Shown here: piece by piece, positions 28,144 through 35,065 of the stretch
How the letters are laid out: each line of letters starts with the position of its first letter
Position numbering within the stretch: position 1 is the stretch's first letter
Source of the DNA: Thermodesulfovibrionales bacterium
GTDB lineage: Bacteria; Nitrospirota; Thermodesulfovibrionia; Thermodesulfovibrionales; UBA1546
Direction: 5' to 3'
Assembly: GCA_919901705.1 (NCBI GenBank)
Contig: CAKKPR010000313.1
Span: 1-39,064 of the forward strand
Length of the DNA: 39,064 nt
Notes under the pieces: model-generated
Databases searched by the model: none
What the model saw: only the letters and a program-made list of their open reading frames with translations
Told to the model about the DNA's origin: nothing
Position numbers and translations under genes: made by a program

Positions 28144-29704
28144 TTTTAGTTCTGTCTCTTATGGCGTCTTCAAGCGCTTCCCTGTCGCTGAATTTATGCC
28201 TTATGCCCTTTATCTCCTGATAATCCTCATGTCCCTTCCCGGCAAGAAGCAATATATCCCCTGCCTCAGCGAGTTTTACAGCTTTTCTTATGGCCTCTCT
28301 CCTATCCGGTTCAATGACATAGTTCCTTCGTGAGGCCCCTGCCTCTATCTCCTTTATTATCTCCACCGGATCTTCATCTCTGGGATTGTCAGAAGTAATA
28401 ACAACATAATCGCTGAGACTTGTTGCTATCTTCCCCATTATGGGTCTTTTCCCCTTGTCCCTGTTTCCGCCGCAACCAAAAACAGTGATTATGCGTTGTT
28501 GTCTGACTTCTGACTTCCCGCCTCGGCGGGTCGCCGAAGGAGACTGACTTCTGACTTCTGAACTTTTCATGAGCTCCCTTGCCGTGTATATCAGCCTTTC
28601 GAGCGCATCTTCTGTATGCGCATAATCAACTATGCACAGGAAGTCCTGGCCTGCATCAACCTTTTCAAATCTGCCTTTCACGGAACTCATTTTTCTTATG
28701 CCGTCAATTATCACATCCCATGGGACATTGAGGCTGACGGCAGCGCCTGCCGCAGAAAGTATATTGTAGACATTGTGCATGCCTATCAGGGAAGACTTGA
28801 CGCCATGGACTCTGTCTCTAAATTTAATATCAATAACAAGCCCTTCAAAGGAGTCTTTTATATTCACCGCAGCCATGTCTGCGCCCGTTTCGAGCCCGTA
28901 TGTAAGGACCTTCCCGCTGATATCCCCGATTAATTTTCTTCCCCAGACATCATCATAATTTATTACAGAAGTCCCCTCTTTTGAGAGAATCTCTTTGAAT
29001 AATCTTTCTTTTGCCCTGAAATAATCCTCCATTGTCGCGTGAAAATCCAGATGGTCTCTAGTCAGATTTGTAAAAACTGCCACATCAAAATTAGTATAAT
29101 CAACCCGCCGTTGTGCAAGGGCATGTGATGACACCTCTGTTACAACATGACTGCATCCCGATAAAAGCATCTCACTCAGCATCGCCTGGAATTCAGGGGC
29201 TTCAGGCGTGGTATGAGGCGCATCATAATGTCTGCCTTTCACAATGTAACTGATTGTGCCTATGAGGCCAACCTCTTTCCCCCATGCTTCCAATATTGAT
29301 TTAAGCAGATAGGTCGTCGTTGTTTTGCCATTTGTGCCTGTGACACCTATTATTGCCAGTTCATCAGAAGGCCTTTCATAAAAATTATTGGAAATGTATG
29401 CCAAAGCCTTTCTGCTGTCATTGACACGGATGAAAACCACCCCCCCTTCAATCCCCCCCTTACTAAGGGGGGGCTGTGGGGGGTACTGACTGCTTACTGC
29501 TTTTTCATACACTACCGCAGACGCCCCTTTTTTGATCGCATCATTGATAAAACTATGGCCGTCAACTTTTTCCCCTTTCACCGCGATAAAAACATCTCCC
29601 TGTTTAACCTTCCTTGAATCATAGGCAACCCCTATGACATCAACATCAGCGCTGCCTGTCATCTCTTTTATCTCCATATCTTTTATAAGCATCTTCAATT
29701 TCAT
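28136..29704 (-). CDS. murE: UDP-MurNAc-L-Ala-D-Glu--2,6-diaminopimelate ligase
   Basis: Motifs [23 protein letters not shown] and DNPR. It carries two repeat-encoded segments. Confidence 0.93.
   Translation of the reverse strand: MKLKMLIKDMEIKEMTGSADVDVIGVAYDSRKVKQGDVFIAVKGEKVDGHSFINDAIKKGASAVVYEKAVSSQYPPQPPLSKGGIEGGVVFIRVNDSRKALAYISNNFYERPSDELAIIGVTGTNGKTTTTYLLKSILEAWGKEVGLIGTISYIVKGRHYDAPHTTPEAPEFQAMLSEMLLSGCSHVVTEVSSHALAQRRVDYTNFDVAVFTNLTRDHLDFHATMEDYFRAKERLFKEILSKEGTSVINYDDVWGRKLIGDISGKVLTYGLETGADMAAVNIKDSFEGLVIDIKFRDRVHGVKSSLIGMHNVYNILSAAGAAVSLNVPWDVIIDGIRKMSSVKGRFEKVDAGQDFLCIVDYAHTEDALERLIYTARELMKSSEVRSQSPSATRRGGKSEVRQQRIITVFGCGGNRDKGKRPIMGKIATSLSDYVVITSDNPRDEDPVEIIKEIEAGASRRNYVIEPDRREAIRKAVKLAEAGDILLLAGKGHEDYQEIKGIRHKFSDREALEDAIRDRTKNV
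28503..28564. repeat. GC-rich quasi-palindromic mini-element with ctgactt heptamer flanks, in-frame in murE
   Basis: Layout is ctgactt x2, core cccgcctcggcgggtcgccgaaggaga (28517-28543), ctgactt x2, then ctgaact. The core aligns best with the murD/dac core in reverse complement. Confidence 0.8.
29440..29483. repeat. Nested C-run/G-run hairpin element in-frame in murE
   Basis: Inner stem ccccccctt (29453-29461) / aaggggggg (29465-29473) with loop act. An outer C-run (29440-29446) faces a G-run (29478-29483). The element encodes YPPQPPLSKGGIEGGV. Confidence 0.8.
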
Positions 29705-29722
29705 CTATCCTGCCTCTCCACC

Positions 29723-31426
29723 CTATCTCCTCTCAACAACCAAAACATTTTTCTCATTTGTATCCTCTCTCGGCACATTAAGATAAGAGAGAGATTGTTT
29801 TGCGATTTCCTTAAAGACAGGCGCTGCAACAACACCGCCGTAAATCTGTCCCCTCGGCTCATAAACAACCACAATCATTGCTATCATGGGATTATCTGCC
29901 GGAACAAACCCCACAAATGAACTTACATATTTTTCCTTGGAATATCTTCTTGTCTTCGGGTCTATGATCTGTGCAGTGCCTGTCTTGCCTGCAACCTGAT
30001 TTCCTTCAACAGAGGCGCTTTTGCCTGTTCCGCCCTCCTCTGTTACCGTCTTTAAGATGTCTTTGAATATATCCGCTGTCTGCCTGGAGATGGCCGCCTT
30101 GTTCCCTGCGGGTGTAAATGAATATATGAGAGTTCCGTCCGGTGACCTTATCTCTGACACAACATGGGGTTTGATAAGAATACCTCCATTTGCTATTGCC
30201 GAGTAGGCCCTCAGTATCTGCAACGGGGTAACTGCAACCTCTTGCCCGATGGCTATCGTGCCAAGCGACATACCTGACCATTTTTCAGGGGGTCTTATCC
30301 AGCCGGATACCTCACCGGGCAGGTCTATGCCTGTCTTCTCTCCAAATCCGAAACGCTTTGCGTACTTATAAAGCCTCTCTTTGCCAAGCTGCATCCCTAA
30401 CATCGCAGAACCGACATTTGATGATTTCTGTATAACCTCTTTAAAGGTAAGCACGCCATGTTTGTGCTCATCGTGTATAACGGCATTTCCAACCGATATT
30501 GCCCCTTTGCTGCAGTCAAACCTGGTATTAAGATTGACCTCTTTCTCTTCAATGACAGCTGCGCCCACAATTATCTTGAAGGTAGAACCGGGCTCATAGC
30601 AATCTGTAATGGCCCTGTTCCTTTTTTCAAAGTCCTTTGCATTCATGGAATTGTTTGAATCATAGGCCGGCCTGTTTGCAAGGGCCAATATCTCTCCTGT
30701 AAAAGGGTTCATCATTATTACAGTCGCAGCAGATGCCTGCCAGCGCAGCATTGCGTTATCCAGCCCTTTCTCTACGATATACTGCAGCCCCTCATCTATT
30801 GTCAGGACTATATTATTGCCCTTTGATTCCATGTCCTCACCCTTAGAAAGCGTCCTGCCTGTTGCGTCACGCGTAACCAATATCTTACCGCCGGGTGTTT
30901 TCAGGAATTTATCATACTTGAGCTCAACGCCCTCCAATGCCTGGTTGTCTATACCTACGGCGCCGATGATATGGGATGCCAGCCTTCCCTTCGGATAAAA
31001 TCTCTTTGCGTCAGACATGAAGCCGAGCCCTTTTATGCCCATCTTCTTTATTCTCTCCGCAGCCTCAAGATTAAGCTTTCTTTCCACCCACACAAATTTT
31101 CCTTTTGAAGAAAATTTCGCAAGTATTGCATCCGCTCTCCTGCCGGTTATCCTTGAAATGTCATACGCGGCAGTCTGCGGAGACGCAACTGCATCAGGAT
31201 TGCAATACAACGATTCCACCTCAAGATTCACTCCGAGTTCCCTCCCCCGCCTGTCAAATATAAAACCCCGTCTCACCTGTATGTCTTCCTGTTTGAGCTG
31301 CTGTATATTGGCCCTTTCAGAGAGCCTTCCGTGGTTAAGAACCATCAGGTCTACGAGACGTAAAAATACCGCAACAAAACCGAAGATTATTGCGGTATTA
31401 AGAATTATCGCTCTCTTCCTCATCAA
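29723..31426 (-). CDS. ftsI: Division-specific class B penicillin-binding protein (PBP3)
   Basis: N-terminal predicted TM segment, PBP dimerisation domain, and the transpeptidase motifs STFK, SSN and KTGTA. Confidence 0.92.
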   Translation of the reverse strand: MMRKRAIILNTAIIFGFVAVFLRLVDLMVLNHGRLSERANIQQLKQEDIQVRRGFIFDRRGRELGVNLEVESLYCNPDAVASPQTAAYDISRITGRRADAILAKFSSKGKFVWVERKLNLEAAERIKKMGIKGLGFMSDAKRFYPKGRLASHIIGAVGIDNQALEGVELKYDKFLKTPGGKILVTRDATGRTLSKGEDMESKGNNIVLTIDEGLQYIVEKGLDNAMLRWQASAATVIMMNPFTGEILALANRPAYDSNNSMNAKDFEKRNRAITDCYEPGSTFKIIVGAAVIEEKEVNLNTRFDCSKGAISVGNAVIHDEHKHGVLTFKEVIQKSSNVGSAMLGMQLGKERLYKYAKRFGFGEKTGIDLPGEVSGWIRPPEKWSGMSLGTIAIGQEVAVTPLQILRAYSAIANGGILIKPHVVSEIRSPDGTLIYSFTPAGNKAAISRQTADIFKDILKTVTEEGGTGKSASVEGNQVAGKTGTAQIIDPKTRRYSKEKYVSSFVGFVPADNPMIAMIVVVYEPRGQIYGGVVAAPVFKEIAKQSLSYLNVPREDTNEKNVLVVERR

Positions 31427-31444
31427 TACCTTTTCCCGCTATTT

Positions 31445-31816
31445 TTAGGGTTCAGATAACCGCCTCCCATCTCGTTGCGAGTCGCTTCCGACAAGAGACG
31501 CTTTATATGGTGTAACTCCCTTTTCCTTCTTTACATAAATCACTTTTACCCTGTCGGGAAAAACCAATCCGACTTTCCCATCCCCGGTATCTTTGACATT
31601 CTGGATAGACAGCAGGCTTGCCTTCTCTGCCATAAGCATCTTTCTCTCTTTAAGGGTTTCCATCCTCTTATTATCAAGCTGGGCAATGCTGTACTCGACT
31701 GTCCTTACGCTTGACCTGAGCCATACAATCGAGAAAATTCCGAATAAAAGAAGCGCCACTGCCAAAGGGATTAAGACAAAAGAAAAAATACCTCTGTGAC
31801 GATGCGCATGGGTCAT
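31445..31816 (-). CDS. ftsL: Cell division protein FtsL (by position and architecture)
   Basis: Small bitopic protein (IFSFVLIPLAVALLLFGIFSIVWL) with a coiled-coil-like segment. It sits between rsmH and ftsI with an ATGA overlap with rsmH. Confidence 0.7.
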   Translation of the reverse strand: MTHAHRHRGIFSFVLIPLAVALLLFGIFSIVWLRSSVRTVEYSIAQLDNKRMETLKERKMLMAEKASLLSIQNVKDTGDGKVGLVFPDRVKVIYVKKEKGVTPYKASLVGSDSQRDGRRLSEP

Positions 31817-32694
31817 TTTTTTTCTGCTCCTCTCAGTTTTGCGCTCCTTGCTGAAGGATTAAGCCTGACTTCCTCATATGCAGGAACCAGCGGTTTTTTT
31901 GTTAGTACATTAAATACTCCCAGCTTCTGATTATCCCTGATAAAGTTCTTTACTATCCTGTCCTCGAGGGAATGGTATGAAATGACACAGAGCCTTCCTC
32001 CGCTTTTTAGAATTCCCAGTGACGCGTCAAGCCCTTTTTTAAGTTCATTCATCTCATCATTCACGGCAATCCTCAAGGCCTGAAACGTCTTTGTTGCGGG
32101 ATGAAGTTTTCCCCGCCCTTTATAAACACTGCAAACAATATCTGACAGCTCAGCGCATGTGCCTATCTTTTTCTTGGCCCTGCAATCCACTATGGCCCTT
32201 GCTATCTTGCGGGAGAGCCGCTCTTCTCCGTATTCCCACAAAATTCTGTCTATATCCTTTTCAGAATATCTATTGACAATGTATGCTGCCGTTAAATCCT
32301 GCGACCTGTCCATCCTCATATCCAGTGGTTCTTCAGAAAGAAAACTGAATCCCCTTTCAGCAGTTTTTAAATGGAACATGGAAGTGCCGATATCAAATAA
32401 AATACCGTCAACCTCTGTGACTCCTGTCTCTGCAACCAGCCGGCCAACCTCGGAAAATATTCCCTTTTTCAAGACAACCCTGTTGTCTGCGAGCCTGCTT
32501 CTTGCCATATTCAAGGCCTCGTCATCCCTGTCAATGCCGATAAGCATGCCGCTGCCGATATGTTTGAGTATCTCTTCTGAGTGGCCGCCAAGCCCAACTG
32601 TTGCATCAACATATATCCCCCCGGACTCTGGTTTAAGCAACACTATCACCTCCCTCAGCATAACAGGGAGATGAATCACCTTCACAGCAAACAA
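31813..32694 (-). CDS. rsmH: 16S rRNA (cytosine1402-N4)-methyltransferase
   Basis: Motifs HLPVMLREV, YVDATVGLGGHS, SYHSLEDRIVK and NPSARSAKLR. Confidence 0.93.
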   Translation of the reverse strand: MFAVKVIHLPVMLREVIVLLKPESGGIYVDATVGLGGHSEEILKHIGSGMLIGIDRDDEALNMARSRLADNRVVLKKGIFSEVGRLVAETGVTEVDGILFDIGTSMFHLKTAERGFSFLSEEPLDMRMDRSQDLTAAYIVNRYSEKDIDRILWEYGEERLSRKIARAIVDCRAKKKIGTCAELSDIVCSVYKGRGKLHPATKTFQALRIAVNDEMNELKKGLDASLGILKSGGRLCVISYHSLEDRIVKNFIRDNQKLGVFNVLTKKPLVPAYEEVRLNPSARSAKLRGAEKK

Positions 32695-32697
32695 CCT

Positions 32698-33150
32698 CTA
32701 AAGCCCGTAACTAACGAGCCGTTCTTCAACAGCCTTTTTATCTATCCTTGCCGGGTCTATCATTGCATCCCACTCTTTCCTGTCCCACAGCTCTATCTTT
32801 TCTATCTGCCCGACAATAACAATATCCCCATTTATTGCAGCGTCTCCTCTGTGGGCCACAGGTATGAGAACCCTGCCCTGCTTATCCAGTTCAGATTCAA
32901 CAGCAGATGCAATAACCCTTCTCATAAAAAATTTCACTGCCTCATCCATCTTCGGCATAGCCCTTACCCTATCCTCGATCTTTCCCCATTCCTCCGAGGG
33001 ATATATATGAAGGCACTTGTCAAATGCAGCATTAACGATATAAAGCTTTGAACTATAATTAGAAGAAATGATTTCCCTGAAAGGAGCAGGTATAATGATT
33101 CTGCCCTTTGTATCTACTGTGTAGTAATATTTACCTGAAAAAGAAGGCAC
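32698..33150 (-). CDS. mraZ: Transcriptional regulator MraZ
   Basis: Two SpoVT/AbrB-like halves (DTKGRIIIPAPFR and DKQGRVLIP). I prefer the GTG at 33150 (MPSFSGKYYYTVDTKGR) to the track GTG at 33171, which lies inside the operator repeats and near the predicted transcription start. Confidence 0.88.
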   Translation of the reverse strand: MPSFSGKYYYTVDTKGRIIIPAPFREIISSNYSSKLYIVNAAFDKCLHIYPSEEWGKIEDRVRAMPKMDEAVKFFMRRVIASAVESELDKQGRVLIPVAHRGDAAINGDIVIVGQIEKIELWDRKEWDAMIDPARIDKKAVEERLVSYGL

Positions 33151-33157
33151 TTTCCCT

Positions 33158-33182
33158 CCACTTCCTACCACTTTTTACCACT
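33158..33182 (-). promoter_or_regulatory. MraZ-box-like direct repeats: AGTGG x3 at 10-nt period
   Basis: The minus strand reads AGTGG-taaaa-AGTGG-tagga-AGTGG (plus-strand ccact at 33158, 33168 and 33178). A degenerate AGTGC follows. The repeats lie immediately downstream of the -10 element. Confidence 0.6.
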
Positions 33183-33211
33183 AATATAGGAGTTAAGGGG
33201 GGTCTTGTCAA
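33183..33211 (-). promoter_or_regulatory. dcw (Pmra) sigma70-type promoter candidate
   Basis: On the minus strand: TTGACA (33206-33211), 17-nt spacer, TATATT (33183-33188). Confidence 0.6.
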
Positions 33212-33291
33212 GAAAAAAATTAATAAAATTGAAGGGTTAACTATATTTTGTGGCTGCTGGAGGAAACAACCACTATATACAGGCATGGGGC

Positions 33292-33321
33292 AATAGAGGC
33301 AGGCTCAGTCCTGCCTCTATT
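33292..33321. terminator. Perfect 12-bp hairpin between the accessory island and the dcw promoter
   Basis: aatagaggcagg (33292-33303) pairs with cctgcctctatt (33310-33321) across the loop ctcagt. Confidence 0.4.
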
Positions 33322-33656
33322 ATTCATCCTAAGAAGGCTTGTTCATTTTTCTGAGCGCTCTCACCTCCTTATTGCGTTTTTTATATTCTCTCATAGAAGC
33401 AATCCTGATACCAGAATAAAAACCATTCAATTTCACAGTGTCCGGAAAATTAAATTCTTGTTTCAGGAAAGCACTTTCTTGTTTGGGAATATAATTGAAA
33501 TAATCACCTGAAAAGGTTTAATATTTTAGCAAGAATATGCGCAGGACTGCTTATGATGAGAGGTTTAAGGGGATGGGGGAGAATTTTCATTTCCTTGATA
33601 ATGCGGGGGGCGGGAGGCTGAGGAGAAAGTAAGAAATATGGTAGTGCTGATAGTGA

Positions 33657-33914
33657 TTACCGTCGCGGACAGCGAAATTCGCCGGGCATGCAAGATTCAA
33701 GACACGACCAGACGACCCACGCACAATACCTAATTTCACCCAACAATTTCTTGAGATCTTGGATAGGATCAATAAAAAATTTAGATACTATTTGGCCCAT
33801 AACAAAAACAATCACACCACCAATAATCGTAACAGAGGCTGTCAGAACAAGCTTAGTACACTCTTCCATAATTTCCTTCCGCACCAGCCTATCAGCCTGA
33901 TCCTGATTTTTCAA
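33657..33914 (-). CDS. Small protein with one predicted TM segment, possibly 3'-truncated or frameshifted
   Basis: Hydrophobic segment LVLTASVTIIGGVIVFVMGQIV. The last ~25 aa are Cys/Trp-rich and look non-native. It lies directly downstream of the 233-aa gene. Confidence 0.4.
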   Translation of the reverse strand: MKNQDQADRLVRKEIMEECTKLVLTASVTIIGGVIVFVMGQIVSKFFIDPIQDLKKLLGEIRYCAWVVWSCLESCMPGEFRCPRR

Positions 33915-33976
33915 TTATGCACAATGGGTTCAGGTTTACAACCTGAACCCGCCAAAAATTGTCGGGTTTGTTTTGC

Positions 33977-34678
33977 TTAAGCCAACCGGCCTTTATTATA
34001 TTCATCAATAAATATTAGAATTTTTTCTGCAAGTATGGTTCGTTTTTGATACCATTCGTTTGTCGTGGGAATCCATAGACCAACCTCATCCAGCATAACA
34101 CCTGTCCATATGCTTATTGAGTATGCAGATGCCCTGAAGCGTTCATTCTCGTATGTTGTTCCAAAATGAATAGAAGTCTCGCCTGGAACAAAAGTGTTTG
34201 ATATTAGAGGAAGCAATCCTGCAGCGTGAGGATGAGCGAAACAACAGAGCACGTTATACCAGTCTTTCTTTTGTCTTTTAAGGAAGTCGTCATCACCAAG
34301 TTCATCGAGCATCACAGAGTGGCAAGGGAGTCGTTTGTTAATCCTCCCATCCAGCAAAACACGCGCCTTTTCCGGCTTCTTAATCAAGTAGTGGAAGGCA
34401 ATCCAGTTTTCATAAACGTAACGGAGAAGGTTCATTGACTGCAAATAATAACCTCGAAGAGCTAAATCCACAGCACATTTCAAAGTATTAAAGTTCTGGC
34501 TAAGCAAGCCCATCTTAGCCTTGTTCACATCCGTTGTGTCCGAGTTGTTTGCAATTAAAAAGCCATCAGCAAATAATCCAACAGCATCTTGAAGCAACTG
34601 GACACGCTCAAGTAATTGTGCCTTTGTAAAGCTTTCGACTGTTCTTGCTTCACGGTCAAAATCTTCCCATGTGTCCAT
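33977..34678 (-). CDS. Hypothetical 233-aa protein, probably all-alpha, family not securely recognised
   Basis: Good SD (GGGAGG) 9 nt before the ATG, and no overlapping alternative ORF. I see a faint resemblance to DUF5677/AbiV-type proteins around LALRGYYLQSMNLLRYVYENWIAFHYL, but I cannot verify it. Confidence 0.55.
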   Translation of the reverse strand: MDTWEDFDREARTVESFTKAQLLERVQLLQDAVGLFADGFLIANNSDTTDVNKAKMGLLSQNFNTLKCAVDLALRGYYLQSMNLLRYVYENWIAFHYLIKKPEKARVLLDGRINKRLPCHSVMLDELGDDDFLKRQKKDWYNVLCCFAHPHAAGLLPLISNTFVPGETSIHFGTTYENERFRASAYSISIWTGVMLDEVGLWIPTTNEWYQKRTILAEKILIFIDEYNKGRLA

Positions 34679-34767
34679 AAAGTTTTACCTCCCTTCTTGC
34701 CACATTCAAATTCAGAAGTCTATCTTTTGAATAGCTCTCCTCATAAGTCCCAGCGTAGACGGCACAG

Positions 34768-34842
34768 GGATAGGTCTTGTTTCTATCATTCCGCATTTTT
34801 CAGTCAAATCAACTCCTTCCCATTTGACACTCACTGCTCCCC
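34768..34842. repeat. Island repeat, copy 1 (about 75 nt)
   Basis: gggataggtcttgtttctatcattccgcatttttcagtcaaatcaactccttcccatttgacactcactgctcccc aligns with 36146-36211 and 39017-39064. Confidence 0.85.
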
Positions 34843-34861
34843 TTCCCTCGCCGCTTTTTTC

Positions 34862-35056
34862 CTACTCATCCAGTGAGGTTTTGTCTATCAAGCGCCTGCC
34901 ATGAACAACAGTAACAATTTTTATCTTGTCAGCGGCAAGTTTCTCAAAGAATCCGGGTGGTAGTTTGGTCAATATCTCCGCAGGAATATCCTTTTGCTCA
35001 TTAATGCACTCGGGTAATAATTGCAGGTCTTCAGGGCTTAAATCGATATTAGCCAT
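34862..35056 (-). CDS. Hypothetical 64-aa protein; the last ~20 aa resemble a ParE/RelE C-terminus
   Basis: SD AAGGGAG lies 5 nt before the ATG. The C-terminal FFEKLAADKIKIVTVVHGRRL is similar to the terminal strand-HGxR motif of ParE-type toxins. The rest is unrecognised. Confidence 0.4.
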   Translation of the reverse strand: MANIDLSPEDLQLLPECINEQKDIPAEILTKLPPGFFEKLAADKIKIVTVVHGRRLIDKTSLDE

Positions 35057-35065
35057 AACGCTCCC

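Noticed and set aside
33332-33517. Minus-strand open frame of 62 codons (..GDYFNYIPKQESAFLKQEFNFPDTVKLNGFYSGIRIASMREYKKRNKEVRALRKMNKPS), and the plus-strand 87-aa track ORF at 33248-33511.
   Set aside because: The minus frame looks protein-like but has no start codon until 21 codons from its end, and I recognise no family. It may be a gene remnant, but the support is too weak to report as a feature. The plus-strand ORF has an implausible composition.
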